57,763 nucleotides of DNA from Candidatus Moraniibacteriota bacterium (GCA_052035095.1 JBPOHW010000014.1:1-57763), one strand, 5' to 3'. Positions 41,405-51,413 are shown, numbered from the stretch's first letter. Notes: generated by a model not told the origin, from the sequence alone. Numbers and translations: made by a program.

Positions 41405-41527
41405 ACCGCTATTGTACCACGAGAAAGTAGACAGTATTTAGCGGCAAACAATAAGCGTTTCTCACAAAGCAATCACAATTTGTCTTTTTGGATACTGACT
41501 ACTCGCTACCAACTACTCTCTCATCTC

Positions 41528-42274
41528 TCACCCTATCCAATCAAGGAAACTTTTGAGCGCGCGACGAAGCGAGAGTATAACGTCGCGATCAATGGAAAGT
41601 TTGGGGAGCGACGCGAGCGAATTGGCAAAGATGAGACGCAAGGACTTCACCGCGTTCTCGCCGAGAGAAAGCGCGACCATTGCCCTCTCTCGATGTTTCG
41701 CGCAGACAATGCCGCCCAAGTCGGGGCTAAAAAAATACCGCTCATTTTTGGGAAGCGCTTCTCGCCCTCCGACGCACACGCGCGCTTCAACCGAATAGCC
41801 GAGTCGCGCCAAAAGCTTCCAAGAAAATCCTTGCGACAAAAGGAATATTTTCTCCAGAAACCGCGCCTCTTCGCGCGCGTCAAGTCGCGGAAGCGCGCTC
41901 ACGATTTCAAGCGACCGGAGAAACTCCAGAAGAAGCTCGAAGAGTTCGCGGTCCGCCTCATCTTCTTCGGTCAGCCGATCAACCAGTGAGACTCCCTCCA
42001 TCGCCGCGCGAAGCGACGCCTCGCTCTCTCGAATACGCGGAAAGTACGCCTCCGCGATCGCGCCCGCGATATTCCCCTTCCCGCGACTCTTCATCACCGA
42101 GAGGTGCGCGAGATTCAATGTTTCGAGTTGTCCCGCGAGTTTCGCCTCCATCTTCCGCACCCCGCGCGCGACCGCGCGCACCTTCCCATACTCCAACGTC
42201 AGAAACGAATACACCCGGTCCGTCTCGCCCGTGTCAATCTTCTTGAGAACAATGGCAGTAGAAGAGAGTTGCAT
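41528..42274 (-). CDS. recO: DNA repair protein RecO
   Basis: AIVLKK.DTGETDR...LT..YGKV.AVARGVRK, with a partial C-terminal zinc site. Confidence 0.95.
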   Translation of the reverse strand: MQLSSTAIVLKKIDTGETDRVYSFLTLEYGKVRAVARGVRKMEAKLAGQLETLNLAHLSVMKSRGKGNIAGAIAEAYFPRIRESEASLRAAMEGVSLVDRLTEEDEADRELFELLLEFLRSLEIVSALPRLDAREEARFLEKIFLLSQGFSWKLLARLGYSVEARVCVGGREALPKNERYFFSPDLGGIVCAKHRERAMVALSLGENAVKSLRLIFANSLASLPKLSIDRDVILSLRRALKSFLDWIG

Positions 42275-45196
42275 TTATACTCGTTTCAACTGAAAACTAA
42301 ACTTCTCTCCTTCAATATTCACCTCTTCCGAATATTCGGCATCGTTCAGTTCTCCCGCGCCGTATGTCGTCGCGAGCACCTCTTTCGCGATCATCTCGCC
42401 AAATGTTTCGAAAACATTCTCCTTTCCGGAATATCCGAGCACTATTCGGTCTTCCACACTGAACCCCGCCTTCTTACGTCCTTCTTGTATCACGCGAATG
42501 ATTTCCCGCGCCTCGCCTTCGAGTCGGAGTTCGGGAGTAATGTCAGTATCGAGAACGATATCCTCCGACAAAGACGCATCAATTATCACTCGCTTCATAT
42601 TCAATTCCTCGCAAATAATCTCCAAGAAATCTTTGCTTAATTCCTGATTCTTAATTCTTGATTCTCCAAGCGGTTGTCTCACCTTTATTTTCGCCTCCGC
42701 TCGTTTCTGCAATCCGATCGTCACAATTTCTCGAACAGCTTTCATATTTCTATTCAACACCTCATCAATCAACTTCTCATCCGCCACCGGAAAATCCGCC
42801 AAATGCACCGACGACTCACCGGTCAAATTCCGATATATTTCTTCCGCGAGAAACGGCGTGAAGGGCGCCATGAGTTTCGAGAGCGTTACCAAGACGTCGC
42901 GCAATGTCTGATACGCCTGTTCTTTATCGGTGTCGTTTTCATTCTTCCAAAACCGCTTCCGACTTCGGCGAATATACCAATTGGAGAGATGATCGATAAA
43001 CGGCGCAAACGCGCGCGCGGCGCGATTGAGCTCGTAAGATTCCATTGCTCCGTTTACTTCCCCGATAAGAAGTTGGAGTTCCGAAATAATCCACCGGTCA
43101 AGCAAATTTTTCGAAGACTCCTGTCCTTTCTTTGGCTCCCAATTATCGATACTCGTGTACATCACGAAGAACGAATATGAGTTCCAGAGCATTCGGAAAA
43201 CATTCCGCTCCAGTTCGGACACTTCCTTTTCGGAAAAATTCAGGTTTTCCGCCGCGACAACCGGTGACGAAAGAAGATAGAGCCGCACGACATCCGCGCC
43301 GTACTTGTCAAACATGAGCATTGGATCGGGATAATTCTTGAGCTTCTTCGACATTTTCTTGCCATCCTCAGCAAGGACGATGCCATTTACAATGACATGC
43401 TGATACGCCGACTTCTCCTTGAGAGCGGTTGCAATGATATGGAGATAGTAGAACCAACAGCGAGTCTGATCGACGCCCTCGGCAATAAACTGCGCCGGAA
43501 ATCCCGCATCAAACTTTTCCGTTTTTTCGAACGGGTAGTGCATTTGCGCATACGGCATCGACCCGGAATCAAACCATGTATCGAGCACATCCGGCACGCG
43601 ATGCATCGTTCCTCCGCATTTCTCACACGACACCGTAATCGCATCTACAACATGTTTATGCAGATCATTAATTTTTTCCCCACTCGCTTCTTCCAATTCT
43701 TTCGCCGATCCAAATACTTTCATCTCGCCGCATTCGCACTTCCATATCGGCATCACACTCGCCCAATATCGCTGGCGACTGATAGACCAATCCCGCGCGC
43801 CTTCGAGCCATTTGCCGAAGCGCCCCTCCTTGATGTGAGTCGGTACCCACTCAATATCTCGCGCGAGCTCGAGTGCTCTTTCTTTGATCGCCGACACTTT
43901 CACAAACCATGAGCTCGTCGCGTAATGAAGAAGCGGCGTATCGCACCGCCAACAGTGTGGATAGCTGTGCTCGAATTTTTCTTTCGAAAAAAGCAAATTC
44001 TTTTTCGCCAAGTATTTGATAATTTCAACATCCGTCGCCTGCGGATTTTCCAAAGGTTTCACCGAAAGTCCAGCCAACTCCTTCACCTCTCCCTTGATAA
44101 TTCCGTCCATACCCACATGCTGGACAAACGGCAGGTTTTCTTTCTTCCCCAGCTCCATATCATCCTCCCCAAACGCCGGCGCAATATGCACCACCCCCGT
44201 CCCCTCCTCCGTATTCACAAACTCCGCCGCGTATATTTTCCAGCCATTCTCGCGATTTTCCAAGCTTTCATTTTTGAAATATGAATCGAATGGCGGAAGA
44301 TATTTTTTTCCCACCAAATCAGCCCCATCAATATCCCCTTCTCCAGAGAAACTCATTTTTGAACCAACTTTCTCCAAAGCTTTTGGTAATATGTTCTGAC
44401 TGTATTCTTTTTGAGTAATGTATACACCGATATCTTCTCCGTCCTTCTTTATTCTTAATTTTTCATACTTTATGCCTGCACCGACCGCTAAAGCCACATT
44501 CCCTGGCAGTGTCCACGGCGTCGTCGTCCACGCAAGAACAAATGTTCCCGGTTCATCAACGAGTTCAAACTTTGCCACAACCGACAAGTCCTTCACCTCT
44601 TTGTATCCCTCGGCGACTTCCGACTGCGAGAGCGTCGTCTCACACCGCGGGCAAATATGCATCGAACGATAGCCCTCATAGATAAGTCCCTTATCCCAGA
44701 GTTCTTTGAATACCCACCAGACAGATTCCATAAAATCCCGATCCATCGTCCGGTACGCGTGTTCCATATCCGCCCATCGTCCGACGCGGCGAATCACTTT
44801 CTTCCATTCATCCACATATTGAAGCACCGTCGAACGACAAAACTCGTTGAACTTTTCAACGCCAAGTGCCTCGATATCTTTCTTGCGCGATATGCCGAGC
44901 GCCTTCTCGGCAATGTTTTCGATCGGAAGCCCATGGCAATCCCATCCCCACCTCCGTTCCACCTGAAACCCGCGCATCGTCCAATACCGCGGCACGGCAT
45001 CCTTCATCACACTCGCTACAATATGTCCGTAGTGCGGCGTCCCCGTCGCAAAGGGCGGTCCGTCATAGAAACTATACCGCTTCGCCCCCTCGCGATCCGC
45101 GACCGACCGCTCAAACACTTTCTCCCGCTCCCAATACTCCAAAATTTCCTCCTCCATCTTGGGCAAATTCATTTTCGCATCAATTTTTTTGAACAT
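42275..45196 (-). CDS. ileS: Isoleucine--tRNA ligase, type 2
   Basis: Motifs FYDGPPFATGTPHYGH, GWDCHGLPIE, AWTTTPWTLP, EGVDQTR and KMSKKLKNY. Confidence 0.98.
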   Translation of the reverse strand: MFKKIDAKMNLPKMEEEILEYWEREKVFERSVADREGAKRYSFYDGPPFATGTPHYGHIVASVMKDAVPRYWTMRGFQVERRWGWDCHGLPIENIAEKALGISRKKDIEALGVEKFNEFCRSTVLQYVDEWKKVIRRVGRWADMEHAYRTMDRDFMESVWWVFKELWDKGLIYEGYRSMHICPRCETTLSQSEVAEGYKEVKDLSVVAKFELVDEPGTFVLAWTTTPWTLPGNVALAVGAGIKYEKLRIKKDGEDIGVYITQKEYSQNILPKALEKVGSKMSFSGEGDIDGADLVGKKYLPPFDSYFKNESLENRENGWKIYAAEFVNTEEGTGVVHIAPAFGEDDMELGKKENLPFVQHVGMDGIIKGEVKELAGLSVKPLENPQATDVEIIKYLAKKNLLFSKEKFEHSYPHCWRCDTPLLHYATSSWFVKVSAIKERALELARDIEWVPTHIKEGRFGKWLEGARDWSISRQRYWASVMPIWKCECGEMKVFGSAKELEEASGEKINDLHKHVVDAITVSCEKCGGTMHRVPDVLDTWFDSGSMPYAQMHYPFEKTEKFDAGFPAQFIAEGVDQTRCWFYYLHIIATALKEKSAYQHVIVNGIVLAEDGKKMSKKLKNYPDPMLMFDKYGADVVRLYLLSSPVVAAENLNFSEKEVSELERNVFRMLWNSYSFFVMYTSIDNWEPKKGQESSKNLLDRWIISELQLLIGEVNGAMESYELNRAARAFAPFIDHLSNWYIRRSRKRFWKNENDTDKEQAYQTLRDVLVTLSKLMAPFTPFLAEEIYRNLTGESSVHLADFPVADEKLIDEVLNRNMKAVREIVTIGLQKRAEAKIKVRQPLGESRIKNQELSKDFLEIICEELNMKRVIIDASLSEDIVLDTDITPELRLEGEAREIIRVIQEGRKKAGFSVEDRIVLGYSGKENVFETFGEMIAKEVLATTYGAGELNDAEYSEEVNIEGEKFSFQLKRV

Positions 45197-45253
45197 AGGA
45201 AAAATGTTAAACAATTGTCTTCAAAAATATTTTTCAGCGAAGATCATTTTGAT

Positions 45254-45871
45254 TTATCGCTCTTCCGCCGAGACTACTCGACCATTCTCCAATCGCACAA
45301 ACCCCTGTTCCCGAAGAAGTTTCGCTTCAAACGACTCCTCTTGTCGACGTCTCTCTTCTTGAAGGTGGAACCGATCGCGCGCGGGAAGTGTCCGTTCCTC
45401 ATTCATTTTTGCAAGAAGCGACTTCTGCAATCGATCAAACAAAAAATTCAATTCCTTGCACCGAAGCTTCAACTGAATCACCGCCGGCAACCGTGTATCA
45501 AGCGGATAAAACGGCAGAGCCTCAATATTAAATCCCCTTCCACCCCTTTCTCCCATTACTCCCTTTATCTCCAAAAGCTCCGGATACATTCCCTTCCATA
45601 TATCATCGCAGTCCTCCTCCAGTTCCGCGTTCGCCCCCATCGAGAATCCCAGAAAATCATAGTATTCCTTGCTCGAATTCCGCTTCCACCCCTCGACAAT
45701 GTTCTGTTTCACCGAACGAGCCGAACGGTCCATTTGATCGGCAAGCGCCACCAACGTCTTCGTTTTTGGGAAATGGTGCGTCAATTCCGAACACGACTTC
45801 TGCAACGCCTCCGATTTTTTGTAGACAAGGAGTTCGCGATAGCCATACAGTTTTCTGGACGGTTTTATCAT
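45254..45871 (-). CDS. Four-helix-bundle (23S rRNA intervening-sequence protein family) protein
   Basis: Y..L.VY.K...QM.RSARSV..NI.EG..R.S.KEY..FL..S.G...EL. Confidence 0.9.
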   Translation of the reverse strand: MIKPSRKLYGYRELLVYKKSEALQKSCSELTHHFPKTKTLVALADQMDRSARSVKQNIVEGWKRNSSKEYYDFLGFSMGANAELEEDCDDIWKGMYPELLEIKGVMGERGGRGFNIEALPFYPLDTRLPAVIQLKLRCKELNFLFDRLQKSLLAKMNEERTLPARDRFHLQEERRRQEESFEAKLLREQGFVRLENGRVVSAEER

Positions 45872-45916
45872 ACAAAGGGGAAAATGGGTAAAAAGGGAGA
45901 AAAAGGATTGAAAGAA

Positions 45917-46119
45917 ACAAAAAAATCCTCAACACAAAACAGTGTGCCAAGGACGTCCGGAAACCGAAACGTGGTACCACCTTGCTTTCCCCGAACACGA
46001 TTTCGAGGCTTCATTCTCGCTGTTACGGGCTCGCCCGTCGGGGTCTACCGATACGATCGGCTTCGCGCCAACCGAATGTTCTTCCCGAAGCTCCGAGGTG
46101 ATCGCCTCTTCATAGCCGC
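45917..46119 (-). promoter_or_regulatory. Ile T-box riboswitch with ultrashort stem I and terminator
   Basis: AUC specifier at 46100-46102, GGUAGA...GCCCGUAA stem II, AAGGUGGUACCACG T-box, and a hairpin with U tract at 45917-45952. Confidence 0.88.
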
Positions 46120-46573
46120 TACTCGGACGATACCAAATCTTCCCGCAAAGGGCAACCTCCCGCCGCCTCTGGACAACTTTCGAAAATTTTGTAAAATGAC
46201 AATATTCTTTAACAAAGAGGCATCCAACATGGTCACAAGAAACCTTGTGAGGAATATGTATGGACTCGGCGGAGCAAGACAAGCGAGAAGGCGGGCACTC
46301 ATTCAAGAAAGCGAACGAAGAAGAGCTGAGGAATTCTCATTCTCCCCTTTTGGGGATTGTTCCCACAACGATATAAAAAAAGAAGATAGTCAACCAGTCC
46401 ACGCTGAAAAATAGATGTGGAGCTATTTTTTTGTTTTTCAAAACTTTAGGAGACTGCTCAGTGAAAAAACCTTCTCCACTCCTTATTGTTCTCTGTGCCT
46501 TTCCCATGGTCGGAAATATGAAAGGAAGACATCGCCCGCCCATCCGTGGCGAATATCGTGAAGGAAAGCGCAG

Positions 46574-46830
46574 GATAGGAAGGGGATTCTGTCTTGCCGG
46601 TTCCAAACGGAGGTGATGCATTGACACCGAACGCCGAGAAAACGCAAAAATTTCATCCTGTTCGTATCACAAGGGGCTCCAGGGAGATTCCCGCCGATTG
46701 CCCCGATGATTCAAGACAGGAGGGTAGCACTCCCCTCCGCATACTTCCCAACGGAAAAGTGGAGACCCGCCCTATCACTCGTAGGTAAAACCAAACACCG
46801 CCCGTTGCAACCGCGACGGGCTTTTCTTTT
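46574..46830 (+). ncRNA. Unidentified ~200-nt structured RNA candidate with terminator
   Basis: Nested helices GATAGG/CCTATC, GGGGA/TCCCC and CTGTCTTG/CAAGACAG. Terminator hairpin with U tract at 46800-46830. Confidence 0.45.
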
Positions 46831-46867
46831 TCTCTCAATTCGCCAGAGGCTCGATACTCGCTCCTCA

Positions 46868-47452
46868 TTACACCCCTTCCACTTCCACCCGCATCATTTC
46901 ACCAAAGCCTGGACAAAAGCCGTGCGCCGATGAAAATGTCTCTTGAAGTGAAAGCTGTTTCAAAACGCCGTAGAGCACCTGAATGGTATCGGCATGCGAA
47001 ACAACCACTACCGTTTTCCCGGAGAATTCACCGAGCGCGTCCCGACAAAACCCGAGAAGCCGCTCGCGCTCGCGCGCGAAACCCTCGACGCCATCCGTTC
47101 CATCCGTTTCGAGGCGATCTGTTTTCTTGGGATACTTCTCATGAAAAATATGCACGTCGCGACCGCTGAAAACACCGAAATCCGTCTCCCGAAGCCGCGC
47201 GTCCTCGCGAAGCGGCGCGCCTGTTTTTTCGGCAAGAATCTCCGCCGTTTCGCGCGTCCGCGTAAGAGGCGAGTGGAAAATAACCGCGATCGGCTCGGCA
47301 TTTTTCCGGAGTTGCTCGGTGAGAGCGGCGATTTGCTCTCGTCCCCGCGCCGTCAAATGCCGCTCTTTCACCTCGGGAAGCGAGCTCAACACATTCAAAA
47401 CATTCTGCTCCGCCTCCCCATGACGGACAAGAAGAAACGTGGTGTTCCCCAT
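46868..47452 (-). CDS. Histidine phosphatase (phosphoglycerate mutase family)
   Basis: Motifs VRHGE, SPLTRTRETA, LRETDFG and VVSHAD. Confidence 0.92.
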   Translation of the reverse strand: MGNTTFLLVRHGEAEQNVLNVLSSLPEVKERHLTARGREQIAALTEQLRKNAEPIAVIFHSPLTRTRETAEILAEKTGAPLREDARLRETDFGVFSGRDVHIFHEKYPKKTDRLETDGTDGVEGFARERERLLGFCRDALGEFSGKTVVVVSHADTIQVLYGVLKQLSLQETFSSAHGFCPGFGEMMRVEVEGV

Positions 47453-47469
47453 AAAATAAAAGGTGCGCA

Positions 47470-47598
47470 CTACTCAAACATTCGTGAAATATCCGAGATG
47501 ATTCCGAAGAGAAAATAGAAAAGCACGGCAAAGAAAAGCGCGATCGCAAAGCGTCCCACGCGATTGTCAAGGCTCGTTTGTTTTTTGATGAAAAGCAT
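47470..47598 (-). CDS. 42-aa single-TM small protein (below ORF-track cutoff)
   Basis: MLFIKKQTSLDNRVGRFAIALFFAVLFYFLFGIISDISRMFE, with a GGAG RBS. It fills the gap after argS. Confidence 0.55.
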   Translation of the reverse strand: MLFIKKQTSLDNRVGRFAIALFFAVLFYFLFGIISDISRMFE

Positions 47599-47610
47599 AG
47601 CTCCATTCTA

Positions 47611-49278
47611 TCACATCCGCTCCGGCGCGGAGATGCCGAGGAGTCGAAGCGTCTCGGCGAGCACGGTTTTCGTCGCGCGAACAAGCGCGAGACGCGAACG
47701 AGTCGTTTCTTTTTGTTCCACATCGATCACCGTACATTCATCGTAGAAAGAATGAAAACAATCGGCGAGACGAATCGCGTACTGCGGCAATTGATGCACG
47801 GTAAGCGTCTCCGCCGCCTCCTCAACTACCTCCGGAAACTTCGCCAAGTGCCGCACCAAAAGCAGCTCCTTCTGATTCTTCAGAATGATCTCTTCTTGCT
47901 TGATTCCTAATTCCTGATTCTTTATTCCTAATTCTTCTTCTGCCTTCCGCAGTATACTCGCCATCCGCGCGTGCGCGTATTGAACATAGAAGACCGGGTT
48001 TTTCCGCGATCGCTCTTCCGCGAGCCCCAAATCAAAGTTCATATGCGTATCGGAGGAGTACATCAGAAAGAAAAACCGCGCGACATCAACCGGAATCGTT
48101 TCCAGGAGTTCATCGACCGAAACGACATTGCCCGCGCGCTTGCTCATGCGCACTTCTTGTCCGTCCTTCACCAATCGCACCAGTTGAACGAGAATGAAGT
48201 TCACGTTTTCTTTCGTAAAACCAAATGCCTCCGCCGCCGCCCGAAACCGCTCAACATACCCATGGTGATCCGCGCCCCATATTTCGATAAGTTTTTCGAA
48301 GCCGCGCTCCTTCTTGTGAAGAATATATCCACAGTCCGACGCGAAATACGTTTTTTCACCGTTCGCTTTGACGAGCACGCGATCTTTGCCATCACCGAAA
48401 GCGGTTGTCTTGAGCCAGAGCGCCTCTTCCGCCTCGTACGTTAATTTTTTTTCTCTGAAAAACGCAATCGCCCGATCAATATATCCCAGCTCAACGATAT
48501 CCTTCTTTTCCGACACAAACCGATCGAACGAAATGTTCATCTTCTCCGAAATCGTTTTCTTGATATATTCCTCCAAAACTTTTTCCCCCGCCCACTCACC
48601 TGCTTGCGCGGCTTTCGGCTTTCCGCTTTCGGCTTTCTGTTCATTGCCGACTGCCGATTGCTGATAGCCGATAGCAAGTTTCTCTATATATTCCCCTCCG
48701 TACACCGCCTCGCTATCCTTGAGCACACTGTGTCCCAATTTCATCACCTGCTCCCCCGCGTCATTCACGTAGTATTCAGTCGAGACAGCGTACCCCGCTT
48801 TCTTCAAAATATTCGCGAGCGCGTCCCCCAAAAATCCCCCGCGCGCATTCCCGATATGGAGGGGTCCAGTCGGGTTCGCGGAAATGTATTCGAGAAGAAT
48901 CGTGTGATGCGGCGCTTTCTCCTTTGAAAAACCGTACTCAACTCCCTGCTCGCGGATTGTCGTAACGATATTCGCGAGCGTCTCCTCGGTATACGAAAAA
49001 TTGAGATACCCGAGAGCGACCACCTCAATATGAAACGATTTCATGCTCTCGTCGCTCGACAATTTTTCCTTCAAAAGATTCGCGATGTCCATGGGCGGCT
49101 TTTTCACCATCCGCGCGAGCGCCATCGCGATATTGGTCGTATAGTCCCCATGCGCTTCGTCCTTCGGGAAACCCACTTCAATATTCGGACAAAGGATCAT
49201 TTCACCCAACAAAAAATCCCCGTCCTTTTGGCAGGCGTCTATACACCGTCGCAGCGCGTGTCGTATCACTTCTTTCAT
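47611..49278 (-). CDS. argS: Arginine--tRNA ligase
   Basis: Motifs EYISANPTGPLHIGNARG, GADHHGY, MSKRAG and YVQYAHAR. Confidence 0.98.
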   Translation of the reverse strand: MKEVIRHALRRCIDACQKDGDFLLGEMILCPNIEVGFPKDEAHGDYTTNIAMALARMVKKPPMDIANLLKEKLSSDESMKSFHIEVVALGYLNFSYTEETLANIVTTIREQGVEYGFSKEKAPHHTILLEYISANPTGPLHIGNARGGFLGDALANILKKAGYAVSTEYYVNDAGEQVMKLGHSVLKDSEAVYGGEYIEKLAIGYQQSAVGNEQKAESGKPKAAQAGEWAGEKVLEEYIKKTISEKMNISFDRFVSEKKDIVELGYIDRAIAFFREKKLTYEAEEALWLKTTAFGDGKDRVLVKANGEKTYFASDCGYILHKKERGFEKLIEIWGADHHGYVERFRAAAEAFGFTKENVNFILVQLVRLVKDGQEVRMSKRAGNVVSVDELLETIPVDVARFFFLMYSSDTHMNFDLGLAEERSRKNPVFYVQYAHARMASILRKAEEELGIKNQELGIKQEEIILKNQKELLLVRHLAKFPEVVEEAAETLTVHQLPQYAIRLADCFHSFYDECTVIDVEQKETTRSRLALVRATKTVLAETLRLLGISAPERM

Positions 49279-49381
49279 ATCCTCATCCTACTGGAGGAAC
49301 CCGAAAATGGGAAGAGGAGCCAGAAAGAAAAAAGCCCCGAAGCAATGCTTGGGGCAAGGAACAAAAAAGATAGACTTCGTA

Positions 49382-50176
49382 TTACTTGTTCAGATGAGAC
49401 TGAATCTTTTGTCGTATAGAGCCGAGAACACTTATCCTCCCCTTCCTTCCAAGGGGAAGAATTTTGGGATGAATCTCAACGATAATCGGGAGAGAAATAC
49501 AACGATCCCTCATCTCGGACAATACGAACAATGCAAGAGATTGCAAGCTATCCTCACTCCTTAAAAAAATTTCCAGTTTCTCCTTGTTTCGAAACTGAAT
49601 GTGAACCACCTTCACGGTGTTCTCATCAAAAACATCTTTCACAAACGCCATTGCATCAATACCATCCTTGATGAACGGAAACTCGTAGATATGATGCGTA
49701 TCAAGAACAACACCTCCTCTGTAGCCAAGCCATTGATTCCGACTCATCCGATGATGCGGTGAAATTTCACGAACGCCGCACGGATCAATATCAATTCGGA
49801 TGGCATCCGGGAACAACTCGGAAAAATACGCGAGGATATTTTTTACCCTCTTTTCCGTCCCGAAAAGCGCTGTATCGAGAAGAAGTCCCGAATCGAGTCG
49901 GAGCATCCTCCCCAATGTCGTCCGATCATCAAAATACATACCGTTCCAGCTCCCCTCATACGAAAGAACTGGAAATCCGCTCCGCTTGAGAGACTCAAGG
50001 TCGTACCATGAGAACGGCCAGAACGGTAACATTTGAAGCCCGTCATATCCGGCTTCCCGCGCGATATATTCCGCGTACCACAATCCATACCTCGGGACAA
50101 GCGTCTGCGGAAGAACCGAAACCACCGAAAGACCAATTGGATATTTTGCAAAACCACTCATGACAGCACCACCCAT
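49382..50176 (-). CDS. Xylose-isomerase/AP-endonuclease-2-like TIM-barrel protein (divergent)
   Basis: Motifs AREAGYDGLQ, VLDTHH, VHI and IIVE. Lower GC than neighbours. Confidence 0.55.
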   Translation of the reverse strand: MGGAVMSGFAKYPIGLSVVSVLPQTLVPRYGLWYAEYIAREAGYDGLQMLPFWPFSWYDLESLKRSGFPVLSYEGSWNGMYFDDRTTLGRMLRLDSGLLLDTALFGTEKRVKNILAYFSELFPDAIRIDIDPCGVREISPHHRMSRNQWLGYRGGVVLDTHHIYEFPFIKDGIDAMAFVKDVFDENTVKVVHIQFRNKEKLEIFLRSEDSLQSLALFVLSEMRDRCISLPIIVEIHPKILPLGRKGRISVLGSIRQKIQSHLNK

Positions 50177-50354
50177 GACGGCAGCTCCTCGCTGTAGAAG
50201 ATTGGGAAGAAATTTTTCTCAAATTGGTAAAGAAAGTCTCCTTTGTATCACTACAAGCCGAGACCCTTCAATATACACGAAAATATATTTTTGTCAACCA
50301 CAATCCTTGCTTCTTTCTTCCTTCATGCTAGAGTAAATGCGAAGAACATTCCCT

Positions 50355-50798
50355 ATGACCACCATCGCCATCAACAAGCGCGCGCGATTTGATTATGAAA
50401 TCCTCGAGACGATCGAGGCGGGCGTTGCTTTGCTCGGGCACGAGGTAAAGTCGGTCAAAACCGGGCATATGAGCCTCCAAGGGAGCTTCGTCACCATTCG
50501 CGGAAACGACCTCATGCTGACCAACGCGCTCATTCCCTTCTACGAGCATGCGGGCGACCCGTCGGGCTATGAGCCGACACGTCCCAGACGCCTCCTCGTC
50601 AAGAAAAGCGAGGCGAAGCGCTTTATCGGAAAGATTCGAACGAACGGCTTGACACTCATTCCCCTTCGGGTCTATACTAAACGACACCTCGTGAAGGTCG
50701 AGTTTGCTTTGGCGAAAGGCAAAAAAGAATACGACAAGCGCGAGACGACCCAGAAACGTGAGGCTGCCCGAAAGATGGCACGAGCCATGAGAGGATAA
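50355..50798 (+). CDS. smpB: SsrA-binding protein
   Basis: Motifs NKRARFDY, EAG..L.G.EVKS, R..LL....E and KGKKEYDKRE. Confidence 0.97.
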   Translation: MTTIAINKRARFDYEILETIEAGVALLGHEVKSVKTGHMSLQGSFVTIRGNDLMLTNALIPFYEHAGDPSGYEPTRPRRLLVKKSEAKRFIGKIRTNGLTLIPLRVYTKRHLVKVEFALAKGKKEYDKRETTQKREAARKMARAMRG

Positions 50799-51010
50799 AC
50801 TCAAGCACCAAATTCAAAATTACAAGCTCCAAATAAATCTCAATCAACAAAAAAATCAAACCGGTTTCAGTTTAAAATTTGATCATCGGAACTTATTTGG
50901 AAATTGAAGATTGATCATTGGAAATTTGAGAAACGATACAAAAATTTGAAGACACTTATAGACCATCGCTCGATCATCGCAAAAGAGTGGAGCAGTTATG
51001 TAATGACCGA

Positions 51011-51405
51011 GGGGTTGTCTAGATTCGACAGGATGCACTTTGAAAATACGCAAGCCGATTATGAGGGTGATATCGCAAATCTTTCCCTCGCGATGATACC
51101 TGCAAACTTCATCACAAAGGCAAAGCAAGCCTTCGCTTCGGCGTTCCAGCCTGCTTTCGCTTCCGCTCTCGCCTAATTTAGGCAAGCGCCATCGGACTCC
51201 CGACTCCCGATAGGGAATGTTCCGGTGTCATACTCTCGGGAAGGCGCGTTTCTTTCGCCCTCTGAAGAAACGATCGCTCTTGCACAGAGGACATGTTGAA
51301 CCGTTTTCGTGCGCTTTTATCGATCAACGTACTCCAAGCACACTACGCTTGTAGAATATTTTCGGAAATCATCACTGGACATGGGTGCAATTCCCATCAA
51401 CTCCA
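51011..51405 (+). ncRNA. ssrA: tmRNA
   Basis: GGGGUUG/CAACUCC-A acceptor stem with G3.U70, GAUUCGAC D-loop region, T-arm, and an internal tag ORF at 51102-51176. Lies next to smpB. Confidence 0.95.
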
Positions 51406-51413
51406 CAGAGCAG

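Noticed and set aside
45254-45871. Diversity-generating retroelement (Avd-like gene)
   Set aside because: No reverse transcriptase and no template/variable repeat pair with adenine-specific differences in the window.
46540-46800. RNase P, SRP, c-di-AMP or yybP-ykoY RNA
   Set aside because: Only fragments match (GGAAAG, CTCGTAGG, GGCAAGAC). The P4 pairing, SRP loop and riboswitch cores could not be built.
50904-51176. 90-aa ORF ending AFASALA
   Set aside because: It runs through a heptamer array into tmRNA. Only the last 24 codons are the tag frame.
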